Shown one piece after another: positions 8,493-22,815 of a stretch of DNA of 32,000 bases. The stretch comes from Tannerellaceae bacterium (GTDB lineage: Bacteria; Bacteroidota; Bacteroidia; Bacteroidales; Tannerellaceae): the NCBI GenBank assembly GCA_036734445.1, contig DAIMYP010000003.1:63854-95853 (forward strand), given 5' to 3'. Both the position numbers and the translations under genes were made by a program. The notes under the pieces are model-generated. The model searched no databases, was not told the DNA's origin, and worked only from the letters and a program-made list of their open reading frames with translations. Each line of letters opens with the position of its first letter. The first letter of the stretch is position 1.

Positions 8493-10488
8493 CTTTGTAA
8501 AGTTCTTCATTTGAGAGATCTTTACCATAAGTAGCGTAATCCATCCGAAAATTGCAACCGTTTTTGTATTCTGAACAGCCATAGGCAGTTTTACCACGGA
8601 GAATCGTTCCTTTGTGACAGACTGGACAGAGCAAAATTGCTTTTGAAGCTTTTTTTGGCGAGGATTTTACTTTCTTTTGTTCTAGCTCTTTCCTTTCGAT
8701 AGTGATGCTATGTCTGCTTTGATCGGAAAGCACATTTTGTACTACCTGCTTAACCATCTGTTTTAATTCTTCCAAAAATAGAGGCGCTTCGTATTTACCT
8801 CTTTCTATTTGGCGCAGTTTTTTCTCCCAAAGTCCTGTCAGTTCGGCACTTTTGAGTAATTCTTCCTGAATGGTGCCAATAAGTTCGACACCAGTAGCTG
8901 TTGGATATAGATTCTTGCGCTCTTTGCGGATATAGTTGCGTTTGAATAGTGTTTCGATAATGGCAGCGCGTGTAGATGGACGACCTATGCCATTTTCTTT
9001 CAACGCATCGCGAAGTTCGTCATTATCAACAAGTTTCCCAGCAGTTTCCATTGCTCTCAGGAGCGTTGCTTCAGTGTATGGTTTCGGTGGTTGTGTCCAT
9101 TTTTCGGCCAATGATGGCTGATGAGGGCCGCTTTCGCCTTTGACAAAGGCTGGAAGGACACGTTCGTTGTTGTCTTCTTCGTCGTTATCGCTGTTCTTTT
9201 GTTCACTGCCGAAGATAATACGCCATCCTGGTTTAAGAATTTGCTTGCCATTGGTTTTGAAATCAACTTTGGCAGCCTTTCCCAGTACAGTCGTTGTCGA
9301 TATTTCACAGTCGGGGTAGAATGCAGCAATAAAACGTCGGGTTACCATGTCATACACTTTTTGTTCGTTCTCGGACAGTCCTCGAGGAGTAATTCCGGTT
9401 GGAATAATGGCATGATGGTCTGTGACTTTCGAATTGTCAAACACTCGTTTATCTTTGCGCAGTTTACCGGTCAGCAATGGCATAGTGAAGTTCGCATAAT
9501 TGGCCAATCCTTTGAGAATATTTGGGACCTTAGGATATATGTCGTCGCTCAAGTATGTAGTGTCGACACGTGGATAAGTAGTCACTTTTTTCTCGTATAA
9601 TGATTGAATCAGTTTCAGTGTATCGTCGGCTGTAAATGCATGTTTTTTATTGCATTCTACTTGCAGTGATGTCAAGTCGAAGAGACGGGGAGCATACTCT
9701 TTACCTTTCTTTTCAGAAATGTCGGTAACTGTGAAATCAGATTGTTTGATAGCTTCGAGAAACTGTTCGCCTTCTTCCTTAGAGGAAAACTTGCCTTTGC
9801 TTGCAGAAAATGTCGTGTCGCGATAAACTGTTTTTAGTTCCCAATAGGCTTCGGGCTTGAAGTTTTCGATTTCTGCTTGTCGATTGACAATTAGAGCGAG
9901 TGTTGGTGTCTGCACACGTCCGATGGAAAGTACTTGTTTATTTTGTCCATAACGAAGCGTGTACAGTCGTGTCGCATTCATGCCGAGCAGCCAATCTCCA
10001 ATAGCACGAGAAAGGCCTGCTTCGTAAAGCTTGTTGTAGTCTTTCTGATCTTTGAGACTTTTGAACCCTTCGCGGATAGATTCTTCGGTGAGCGAAGAAA
10101 TCCAAAGGCGATATACAGGGCATTTGCAGCCTGCTTTGAGCATCACCCAGCGTTGGATCAGTTCTCCTTCTTGTCCGGCATCACCGCAATTGATTACCAT
10201 TTCGGCATTTTGCATCAGTCCTTTGATGATTTCAAACTGTTGTTCATAGGTTGGATTGGATATCAGTTTGATGCTGAAACGGGGAGGAATCATCGGCAAG
10301 GAACTAAGGCTCCACCGTTTCCAGCTTTCGGTGTATTCCTGCGGTTCTTTTAATGTGCATAAATGGCCGTACGTCCAAGTCACTTGATATCCATTACCTT
10401 CGATATATCCTTTTTTTGACTGGGTCGCACCGAGTACTTCTGCAATTTCACGTGCTACACTGGGCTTTTCTGCAATACAAACTTTCAT
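8470..10488 (-). CDS. topB: DNA topoisomerase III with a C-terminal zinc ribbon
   Basis: The Toprim N-terminus is MKVCIAEKPSVAREIA. Type IA core motifs are GDAGQEGE, SIGRVQTPTLALIV and TTYPRVDTTYLS. The C-terminal region is CPVCHKGTILRGKTAYGCSEYKNGCNF. I set the start to ATG 10488 rather than the track's TTG 10494. Confidence 0.9.
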   Translation of the reverse strand: MKVCIAEKPSVAREIAEVLGATQSKKGYIEGNGYQVTWTYGHLCTLKEPQEYTESWKRWSLSSLPMIPPRFSIKLISNPTYEQQFEIIKGLMQNAEMVINCGDAGQEGELIQRWVMLKAGCKCPVYRLWISSLTEESIREGFKSLKDQKDYNKLYEAGLSRAIGDWLLGMNATRLYTLRYGQNKQVLSIGRVQTPTLALIVNRQAEIENFKPEAYWELKTVYRDTTFSASKGKFSSKEEGEQFLEAIKQSDFTVTDISEKKGKEYAPRLFDLTSLQVECNKKHAFTADDTLKLIQSLYEKKVTTYPRVDTTYLSDDIYPKVPNILKGLANYANFTMPLLTGKLRKDKRVFDNSKVTDHHAIIPTGITPRGLSENEQKVYDMVTRRFIAAFYPDCEISTTTVLGKAAKVDFKTNGKQILKPGWRIIFGSEQKNSDNDEEDNNERVLPAFVKGESGPHQPSLAEKWTQPPKPYTEATLLRAMETAGKLVDNDELRDALKENGIGRPSTRAAIIETLFKRNYIRKERKNLYPTATGVELIGTIQEELLKSAELTGLWEKKLRQIERGKYEAPLFLEELKQMVKQVVQNVLSDQSRHSITIERKELEQKKVKSSPKKASKAILLCPVCHKGTILRGKTAYGCSEYKNGCNFRMDYATYGKDLSNEELYKVIQSMKK

Positions 10489-10516
10489 TCGCAAATTTTC
10501 TTCTCTAATGATACTG

Positions 10517-10524
10517 CAAAAGTA
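10517..10524 (-). promoter_or_regulatory. candidate -7 promoter box for topB
   Basis: Plus-strand CAAAAGTA reads TACTTTTG on the minus strand and matches TAnnTTTG. It lies 28 nt upstream of ATG 10488. Confidence 0.35.
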
Positions 10525-10537
10525 AACAATTTTTCAG

Positions 10538-10545
10538 TACTTTTG
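10538..10545 (+). promoter_or_regulatory. candidate -7 promoter box for the ECF sigma gene
   Basis: TACTTTTG matches TAnnTTTG and lies 40 nt upstream of ATG 10586. It overlaps the TTTTTCAGTAC element at 10530-10540. Confidence 0.35.
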
Positions 10546-10585
10546 CTTCGATTAATCTAAGCAGACACGAATTACACATTTAACA

Positions 10586-11170
10586 ATGGATGAGGTCAAT
10601 CTAATTCGCGGATTAAAACAAGGTTCAAAGTCGGCATTTGATGCTATCTATGCGATGTATTTCAAACGCCTGTTTGTTTATTGTCTAAGGTTTACCAAAT
10701 CAAGTGAAGATGCAGAGGAAATAGTACAGGATGTTTTCCTTCGTTTATGGAATATTAGAGAATCGATTCAGCAAGAAGATACATTGCGTTCGCTTTTGTT
10801 TATTATTTCAAAAAATTATCTGATCAATGCTTTTCATAAAAATATTAATTCCCCAGTTTACGAAGATTATGTGAATTACCAAGAGCAGATTGCTGTTGAT
10901 AATATCAGTCGGATGGAATATGAGGAATTTGTACATCAGTTGAATCATGCAATGTCGCGATTACCCAAAACACAACAGCTGGTTATTGAACTTTCACGTT
11001 TTAAACAATTGTCGAATAAAGAAGTTGCTGAGCGGTTATCTTTGAGTGAACAGACGGTGAAGAATCAGCTGTCATTGGGGTTGAAGATGCTTCGCTCGTT
11101 ATTGGGAAATGCACCTATTATAGGGCTATTTTTTATTTTAAATGACCTTTTTCGGTACGTCGACAAATAA
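10586..11170 (+). CDS. ECF-type RNA polymerase sigma-70 family factor
   Basis: 194 aa. Region 2 is FDAIYAMYFKRLFVYCLRFTKSSEDAEEIVQDVFLRLW. Region 4 is LPKTQQLVIELSRFKQLSNKEVAERLSLSEQTVKNQLSLGLKML. A FecR-like gene follows immediately. Confidence 0.92.
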   Translation: MDEVNLIRGLKQGSKSAFDAIYAMYFKRLFVYCLRFTKSSEDAEEIVQDVFLRLWNIRESIQQEDTLRSLLFIISKNYLINAFHKNINSPVYEDYVNYQEQIAVDNISRMEYEEFVHQLNHAMSRLPKTQQLVIELSRFKQLSNKEVAERLSLSEQTVKNQLSLGLKMLRSLLGNAPIIGLFFILNDLFRYVDK

Positions 11171-11178
11171 TTATTGTC
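11148..11178 (+). promoter_or_regulatory. bipartite element TTTTTCGGTAC-N15-TTGTC, candidate ECF-dependent promoter for the anti-sigma gene
   Basis: The 11-mer at 11148-11158 and TTGTC at 11174-11178 have the same sequence and spacing as the copy upstream of susC. The element lies inside the 3' end of the sigma gene. TTGTC ends 20 nt before ATG 11199. Confidence 0.4.
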
Positions 11179-11198
11179 ATTATTAGTAAAGAAGGAAT

Positions 11199-12173
11199 AT
11201 GAAAGACTTATATAAGAAATATGTAACGGATCACTTGACACATCAAGAACTTGAAATGCTGAAGAATACAGATCCTTCCATTTTAGATCGAGAACTTGAG
11301 CGATTCATGGAAGAGGAGTGGCAGAGTGATATGTTGGATTCATCAAATGTCTCCGAGGAACTGATGGTTCGTGTCAAATCGCAATTGGATGAGAAGATTC
11401 AACTTCGACGTTTGAGCATGCCTCTTTATGTGAAAGTATTTGCTTGGGCTGCAGCAGTTTTATTGCCGTTGCTTATTCTTTCGACTTTTTATCTTTATCA
11501 TGAAAATCATCAGTTGGTTTCTGAAGAAATGGTTGTAGCTACAGGTTTGGGTGAACGGGCAACTATTACATTGCCTGATGCTACAAAAGTGACACTTAAT
11601 GCAGATTCGAAGTTGACCTATATTCCAAAGGTATATAATAAGAAAGAAAGAAAAATCAAGTTTTCAGGAGAAGGTTATTTCGAAGTTTCAAAAGATAAAG
11701 AACGTCCGTTCCTTATTGATGCAAAAGGATTAAATATTACTGTTCTTGGAACAACCTTTGATTTGTTAGTGAGGAATAATGAAAAAACGGCTGAATTATC
11801 TCTTGAATCAGGTAAAGTGATGTTTCGTTCGCTATTAAGCGGAAAATTTGTAATCTTGAATCCAAACCAAAAAGTCGTTCTTGATCAGTCGACTGGCAAT
11901 TTGGTGGTTATGAAAGACGAATCTCAATATGTGGCACCATGGAAACGAAATGAATTGGTATTTCGAAATGCTCCTTTGTCTTCAGTTCTTTCGAGCATAG
12001 AAAAAACGTATGGGGTACATATTGTTATGGGTTGTAAGGAATGTAATTCAGATTTGTTCACGGGAACTTTAGTGACAAATGATATTAATGGTGTATTGGA
12101 AGTAATTGAAGAAGCTTATCAGCTTAAGGCGGTAATGAACGGACATGAGATTTCTATCGTTAAAGTAAAATGA
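11199..12173 (+). CDS. FecR-family anti-sigma factor / transmembrane sensor
   Basis: 324 aa. It has a single transmembrane helix (VFAWAAAVLLPLLILSTFYLY) and a FecR periplasmic domain (GEGYFEVSKDKERPFLIDAKGLNITVLGTTFDL). It lies between an ECF sigma gene and an STN-domain SusC gene. Confidence 0.9.
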   Translation: MKDLYKKYVTDHLTHQELEMLKNTDPSILDRELERFMEEEWQSDMLDSSNVSEELMVRVKSQLDEKIQLRRLSMPLYVKVFAWAAAVLLPLLILSTFYLYHENHQLVSEEMVVATGLGERATITLPDATKVTLNADSKLTYIPKVYNKKERKIKFSGEGYFEVSKDKERPFLIDAKGLNITVLGTTFDLLVRNNEKTAELSLESGKVMFRSLLSGKFVILNPNQKVVLDQSTGNLVVMKDESQYVAPWKRNELVFRNAPLSSVLSSIEKTYGVHIVMGCKECNSDLFTGTLVTNDINGVLEVIEEAYQLKAVMNGHEISIVKVK

Positions 12174-12192
12174 TATTTGTGTATTATCGGAG

Positions 12193-12227
12193 AACCATTT
12201 CTTTTCATCGATTAGAAATGGTTTTTT
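12193..12227 (+). terminator. rho-independent terminator after the anti-sigma gene
   Basis: A perfect 10-bp stem pairs AACCATTTCT (12193-12202) with AGAAATGGTT (12214-12223) across an 11-nt loop. The stem runs into TTTTTT (12222-12227). Confidence 0.6.
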
Positions 12228-12246
12228 ATGTTATATAGCATATTAT

Positions 12247-12277
12247 TTTTTCGGTACATGTTTAAAAAAGGCTTGTC
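12247..12277 (+). promoter_or_regulatory. bipartite element TTTTTCGGTAC-N15-TTGTC, candidate ECF-dependent promoter for susC/susD and the GH genes
   Basis: The 11-mer at 12247-12257 and TTGTC at 12273-12277 are identical in blocks and spacing to 11148-11178. The element lies downstream of the 12193-12227 terminator and about 60 nt upstream of ATG 12337. Confidence 0.4.
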
Positions 12278-12336
12278 TTTACCGTCAAAGATCTAACAAA
12301 GGTCACAATTCATTATTAACTTTAATTTTGAGTAAG

Positions 12337-15300
12337 ATGGATAAACATCGAAAAGTGAATTTTTTCGCAGTATTGTTCTTTTTGTCTTTATTCTGTTGCT
12401 TCAGCATTCAGGGACAAGAACAGAAAGTAGCAGTTAATTTGAAAAATGCTTCTTTGAAAGAAGTATTTAGTGTAATTGAGAAACAAACATCTTATCGTTT
12501 CTCGTATCGCAGTGCCGCTATTGATAACCGAAAGGATATCAATGTACAGAAAAGTGGTGTATCAGTTACAACGGTGCTTGATGAAGCTTTGAAAGGACGT
12601 GATTTGGAATACAAGATTGTCTCATCGAAGATGATTGTCATTTCAAATAAAGTCACCAATAAGGCTATACCTTTCACCAAGCAGAAGAGGGTCTCGGGTG
12701 TTATCACGGATACAAAAGGAGAACCGATAATTGGGGCAAATGTGGCTGTGAAAGGAACATCAAATGGTACTATTACGGATATTGACGGGAAGTTCGACAT
12801 CGAAGTTCCTGCCAATACCACATTGAAAATTTCATACATTGGCTATCAGCCTATGGAAATAAATATTGGCAACAAGAGTACGATAGATATAAAACTTTCT
12901 GAAGATACGCAGGCTTTGGATGAAATAGTTGTTGTTGGTTATGGTACGCAAAAAAAATCGGATGTTTCTGGTTCTGTAACGACCGTTTCGGGTGAAAAAC
13001 TTGCTAAAATTCCTACAGCCAATGCAGAAACTGCACTTCAGGGAATGGCTCCTGGTTTGTCAGTCAATTTCGGAAGTGGTTCGGCTGGATCGACAGGAAC
13101 CTTACAAGTGCGTGGTGTAACAACGTGGGGAACCGATAACTCGCCTTTGGTTATTATTGATGGTGTACCTGGGGATATGTCGTATTTGAATCCTGAAGAT
13201 ATTAAATCAATGTCTGTATTGAAAGATGCAGCAACAGCTGCTATTTATGGTGCACGGGCTGCCGCAGGTGTGATTTTGATTGAGACGAATAGAGGAACAG
13301 TACAAGCACCAAGAATCCAATTCTCAGCTTATTTAGGAATGGATGACTTGCCTAAACGTATGGAAGTCTGCAATTCTGCAGAATTTGTAAAAGTTCGCAA
13401 GATGGCTCTTTCAAATGCAGGAATAGCTGAAAGCCGTTGGCCGAAATATATTTCTGCATATGAGAAGGATCCTACTCAGTTCGCTGATACGGATTGGCAG
13501 AAGGAATACTACCGCAGAGGACTTACTCAAAAATATAATGTTGGTTATACGAGCGGTAATGAAGTGACAAATGTAGCACTTTCTACATTCTATTCAAAGA
13601 CCGATGCTATTGTCATTGGTACAGGTGATACAAAATATGGTTTCCGACTCAACTCAGATGTTAAGAGAGGCAACTTTAAAATGGGTGAATCTGTAAGCTA
13701 TAGTCGCTGGGAATCAGATTTAGAAGCCAGCTCTGGTTTTCCAAGCATGTATCAGGTAACAAATATAGAACCACTTGCTTTTGTTTATGATAAAAATAAC
13801 GATGGTGGATACGGTGGAGCTATTGCCGGAATGGGAATGTCGGATGCTGCAAACGTTGTAGGTTATAATAAACTTGTTGAAAACACAGCAGCTAATGACT
13901 ATATAGCAGCATCAGGTTATCTTCAGTACGAACCGATTAAAGATTTGGTTTTAAAATTCAAAGCAAGTCGAAATATTTATTTCGGAAGTTCAAGAAACTT
14001 TACTCCAACTTATGAATTGGGCGTGATGAAAGTAAATAATCGTGCATCATTATATGAAGAGCGGACAAAGACAATGAGCGATTTGTTGGAATTTACAGCC
14101 AATTGGAATAAAACTTTTCTACAGAAACATAGCGTACAAGCTCTATTTGGTATGTCACAGGAAGAAAATCGCTATGACGGCATCAATGCTTCAGGTAAAA
14201 AGTTTGAAAATAATGAAATGAGTTTACTAGGCCAGGCACAGGAGGATTTTGCCATTGGAGGAACTAAAACACGCAGTGGTTTACGGTCAGTGTTTGGACG
14301 TTTGAATTATAATTATTTGATGCGTTATATGATTATGGCCTCTTGCCGTTATGATGGTTCTTCACGTTTTGCCGATGGAAACAAATGGGGCGTTTTCCCG
14401 TCGGTCTCTGCCGGGTGGAATATCGCCAATGAGCCATTTTGGGGAAACATGAAAGAAACGGTTTCGACTTTAAAATTACGTTTGAGTTATGGTGGTTTGG
14501 GTAACCAGTCTATAGGTTTGTATAAATATATTCCTAAGTTGTCATCAAACACCGATTATTTGAATTATCCTTTTGGAGGGAAAGATGTTTCTTTAGGTTA
14601 TGCAATAACCGAGTTGCCATCATCTAACATTAAATGGGAGACGACTATTTATAAGAATGTAGGTATTGATGTAGGTCTTTGGAATAATAAACTTGAACTG
14701 TCAGCTGAAGCTTATATAAAGAATACAAAAGACATGCTTTCGACAAAGAATATTAGTCTTTGTACCGGATTTGGTTCATTAACGGTTAATGACGGAAAGC
14801 TGCGTACTACTGGTTTTGAAATGCAGGCAATTTATCATGGAAATGCAGGCAAGCTGAAATATGATCTGGATATGAATCTCACACATTATAAGAGTGTACT
14901 GAAGTCGATGGCCGATCCGAATTATCTTTATGAATATGGCGCTATGAGAACGTATGTCGGAGGCGAGATCGGTGAGTTCTGGGTAGTCAAGACCGATGGT
15001 ATTTTCCAAAGTGCACAAGAAGTAACTGAGTGGAACAAGATACATGGCTATTATGACAAGAATAACGAATGGCATGGTATGCAACCGTCAGCTAAACCGG
15101 GAGATATTAAATTTATTGACCAGAATGGCGATGGAATGTTGGATTCAAGTGATAAGGTGAAAGTGGGAAGTGGAACGCCAAAAGTAGCTTTGGCATTTAA
15201 TGTGAATCTGACCTATGGCGATTTTGATTTAGTAGCTAATTTCTATGGACATTTTGGTGTGAAACGTTATAATTATACCAAGTATCAGTTGCAGCGCATG

Positions 15301-15669
15301 GACCAAGTGTTTAATTATGGCAAGGATGCATTGAATGCATGGACTCCTGAGAATACCGATACCGATGTTCCGCGTGCCGTACAAGGCGATCCGAACAAAA
15401 ATAATCGCGTGTCGGACCGATATGTAGAGAATGGCGATTATTTGCGTCTGAATAATTTGCAGTTGGGTTATAATCTTCCTGCAAGTACTTGTCACAGCCT
15501 AGGCATTTCCAACTTACGTGTATATATTGGAGGTGAACGTTTGTTTACTATAACAGGATATAAGGGCTACGATCCTTCAACAGGTTCGACAGTTGGACGC
15601 ATCGGCTATGATTATGCTTCAACACCTCTGAGTCGTACCTATATGGCTGGCATCAAATTTAGTTTCTAA
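12337..15669 (+). CDS. SusC/RagA-family TonB-dependent outer-membrane transporter with an N-terminal STN signalling domain (transducer type)
   Basis: The order of domains is a signal peptide, an STN-like segment (VNLKNASLKEVFSVIEKQTSYRFSY...LEYKIVSSKMIVIS), and a carboxypeptidase-regulatory-like domain (VSGVITDTKGEPIIGANVAVKGTSNGTITDIDGKFDI). These are followed by a plug (DEIVVVGYGTQKKSDVSGSV) and a terminal beta-strand ending in F. I moved the start from TTG 12328 to ATG 12337. Confidence 0.95.
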   Translation: MDKHRKVNFFAVLFFLSLFCCFSIQGQEQKVAVNLKNASLKEVFSVIEKQTSYRFSYRSAAIDNRKDINVQKSGVSVTTVLDEALKGRDLEYKIVSSKMIVISNKVTNKAIPFTKQKRVSGVITDTKGEPIIGANVAVKGTSNGTITDIDGKFDIEVPANTTLKISYIGYQPMEINIGNKSTIDIKLSEDTQALDEIVVVGYGTQKKSDVSGSVTTVSGEKLAKIPTANAETALQGMAPGLSVNFGSGSAGSTGTLQVRGVTTWGTDNSPLVIIDGVPGDMSYLNPEDIKSMSVLKDAATAAIYGARAAAGVILIETNRGTVQAPRIQFSAYLGMDDLPKRMEVCNSAEFVKVRKMALSNAGIAESRWPKYISAYEKDPTQFADTDWQKEYYRRGLTQKYNVGYTSGNEVTNVALSTFYSKTDAIVIGTGDTKYGFRLNSDVKRGNFKMGESVSYSRWESDLEASSGFPSMYQVTNIEPLAFVYDKNNDGGYGGAIAGMGMSDAANVVGYNKLVENTAANDYIAASGYLQYEPIKDLVLKFKASRNIYFGSSRNFTPTYELGVMKVNNRASLYEERTKTMSDLLEFTANWNKTFLQKHSVQALFGMSQEENRYDGINASGKKFENNEMSLLGQAQEDFAIGGTKTRSGLRSVFGRLNYNYLMRYMIMASCRYDGSSRFADGNKWGVFPSVSAGWNIANEPFWGNMKETVSTLKLRLSYGGLGNQSIGLYKYIPKLSSNTDYLNYPFGGKDVSLGYAITELPSSNIKWETTIYKNVGIDVGLWNNKLELSAEAYIKNTKDMLSTKNISLCTGFGSLTVNDGKLRTTGFEMQAIYHGNAGKLKYDLDMNLTHYKSVLKSMADPNYLYEYGAMRTYVGGEIGEFWVVKTDGIFQSAQEVTEWNKIHGYYDKNNEWHGMQPSAKPGDIKFIDQNGDGMLDSSDKVKVGSGTPKVALAFNVNLTYGDFDLVANFYGHFGVKRYNYTKYQLQRMDQVFNYGKDALNAWTPENTDTDVPRAVQGDPNKNNRVSDRYVENGDYLRLNNLQLGYNLPASTCHSLGISNLRVYIGGERLFTITGYKGYDPSTGSTVGRIGYDYASTPLSRTYMAGIKFSF

Positions 15670-15687
15670 CATTAAAAAGTAAGCAAA

Positions 15688-17220
15688 ATGAAAATAAAGA
15701 ATATCATATTAAGTACAGCTGTTTTATCGAATCTGCTTTTAGCATCCTGTACAGGCTCATTCCTCGATGAGGATAGAAACCCGAATTCACTTTCTCCAAA
15801 TATATTTTGGAAAAGTGAGGCAGATATAATGAAAGGGCTTACAAGTGCGTATGCTTATATGCAGCCGAACGTAGATTGGGCAATTCCATATGAAAGATAT
15901 ATTGTAATAGACAACTACAGGAGCGACGAGATTGATTTTCGTGCCGATGTTAGTTCATGGATGAGCATTGCAATGTTTACAAATGATCCCACAAATTCGG
16001 TTACCGAAACGGAATGGACAAATTTGTATACAGGTATCAATTATGCAAATCAGTGCATTGATAATATTCCAAATGTGCCTGATGATGACTCAAAGTTGGG
16101 TGATGTCAAGAAGCAGGCTCTTGCTGAAGCTCGTTTCCTACGTGCCTATTATTATTATCGCCTTTATTTGAACTTTGGCGAGAATGTACCTATTTACACG
16201 CATGAACTAAAAGGAACAGATGAGGAATTTTATCCTAAACAGGCTACCAACGGCGAACTGGTCAGCTTTATTGAGTCTGAATTGAAGGATATTCAGTCAG
16301 ATCTTCCTGAAAAGTATACGTCAGAAAGCGACGGAGGACGCATAACGCGTTATGCAGCTGCAGCTGTACTTGGTAAGTTTTATATGTTCCGTCACGAAAC
16401 AGCGAAAGCTGAACAGGAATTCAAAAAATTGATTGGAAAATACGAACTGATGGATAACTATGCAGATAACTTCGACGGACTGCATAAGAATAATAAAGAA
16501 TCGGTACTTGAAGTTCAGTTTACTGGTAATATGACAGGCGGCCATTATGAATACAATTTATTCGCTATTCATTTAGCTCCGTTCTCGGCTTATGATGGTG
16601 GTTATGAAGAAGCATATCCCTCGAATTGGCTTTTTGATTTGATGAAGACAGATAAGACAGTTGATGGGAAATATAGCCCTCGAACGTTGGCAACCATAAT
16701 TTTTGACGATCCTGATTGTCGCCCTTCTTATTATGAGGATGGCAAATCGTTCTCTGATTATCATGAACCGGGACAATTCTTCTGGCATAAATATGTAACA
16801 TGGGATAAATCCTTAAGTTCTGACTGGTATTACAGCGGATATAATGTGACATTAATTCGTTATGCCGACATTCTGTTGCTTTATGCGGAATGTTTGAACG
16901 ACAGGGGTGCAACGTCTGAAGCTATTCGATATATTAATCAGGTTCGTAATCGTGTTAATGTACCAGAACTGCCTGTATCTATGTCTAAAGATCAGGTCTT
17001 GAAACATTTGCAGGATGTTGAACGTCCATGCGAGCTGGCATTAGAAGGTGATCGCTGGTATGACTTGATTCGTTGGAATATTGTTGGAACTACTTTGACC
17101 TCTCATAAGAAACCTTACGTAGAAAACTATGTAGACAGTAAACACAAATTGTTCCCTATTCCTCATAAGGAATTCTTGATGAATCCAACGTGGGAACAGA
17201 ATCCAAATTTCAGTAAATAA
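15688..17220 (+). CDS. SusD/RagB-family glycan-binding outer-membrane lipoprotein
   Basis: 510 aa with a lipobox (LLASC). SusD-type TPR-like motifs are EARFLRAYYYYRLYLNFG, IRYADILLLYAECLN and RPCELALEGDRWYDLIRW. It starts 18 nt after susC. Confidence 0.93.
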   Translation: MKIKNIILSTAVLSNLLLASCTGSFLDEDRNPNSLSPNIFWKSEADIMKGLTSAYAYMQPNVDWAIPYERYIVIDNYRSDEIDFRADVSSWMSIAMFTNDPTNSVTETEWTNLYTGINYANQCIDNIPNVPDDDSKLGDVKKQALAEARFLRAYYYYRLYLNFGENVPIYTHELKGTDEEFYPKQATNGELVSFIESELKDIQSDLPEKYTSESDGGRITRYAAAAVLGKFYMFRHETAKAEQEFKKLIGKYELMDNYADNFDGLHKNNKESVLEVQFTGNMTGGHYEYNLFAIHLAPFSAYDGGYEEAYPSNWLFDLMKTDKTVDGKYSPRTLATIIFDDPDCRPSYYEDGKSFSDYHEPGQFFWHKYVTWDKSLSSDWYYSGYNVTLIRYADILLLYAECLNDRGATSEAIRYINQVRNRVNVPELPVSMSKDQVLKHLQDVERPCELALEGDRWYDLIRWNIVGTTLTSHKKPYVENYVDSKHKLFPIPHKEFLMNPTWEQNPNFSK

Positions 17221-17267
17221 AGCTTTTTATCAGGATTTCTTTTTTATATAGATATTTCTATAACTAT

Positions 17268-17292
17268 TCTCCGGAAAACTATTTTCCGGAGA
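17268..17292 (+). terminator. perfect 11-bp stem-loop between susD and the GH genes (intra-operon attenuator or RNA-stability hairpin)
   Basis: TCTCCGGAAAA-CTA-TTTTCCGGAGA forms a perfect stem. No clean T-run follows it (AAGTTTTA). Confidence 0.4.
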
Positions 17293-17318
17293 AAGTTTTA
17301 AATCACTTATTTAAATGT

Positions 17319-22567
<5,249 letters not shown>

Positions 22568-22759
22568 AAATAAAATGTTTAGGAAGGGTTGATTTATAAA
22601 AGCGTTTTTGTTCCCTTCCAAAATTTGTAGTAGAGTGTAAACGCCGTGTTATTTTATCTCTGAAGTTCGGATGATTGAAAAACGCGGCGTAATTTTATTA
22701 TTTATGTTCGAATAGTATGAAAACTCCGCTTTGCTACTCCATTAGAATTGATATAATAC

Positions 22760-22815
22760 AAAAACGCGTTTTGCTTTCGAAGCCTGATATCAGGCAGAAA
22801 GAAAACGCGTTTTTT
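22760..22815. terminator. long nested hairpin, probably a bidirectional terminator between the convergent GH2 and GH36 genes
   Basis: The outer arms are AAAAACGCGTTTTGCTTTC and GAAAGAAAACGCGTTTTT, which differ by one indel. The apical palindrome is GCCTGATATCAGGC (22782-22795). An A-run precedes and a T-run follows the structure, so it resembles a terminator on both strands. Confidence 0.5.

Noticed and set aside
12323-12330. TAATTTTG, a perfect TAnnTTTG match, right upstream of susC
   Set aside because: It ends only 6 nt before ATG 12337 and overlaps the alternative TTG start. That is too close to serve as a -7 box for a normal leader, so it is probably a chance match in AT-rich sequence.
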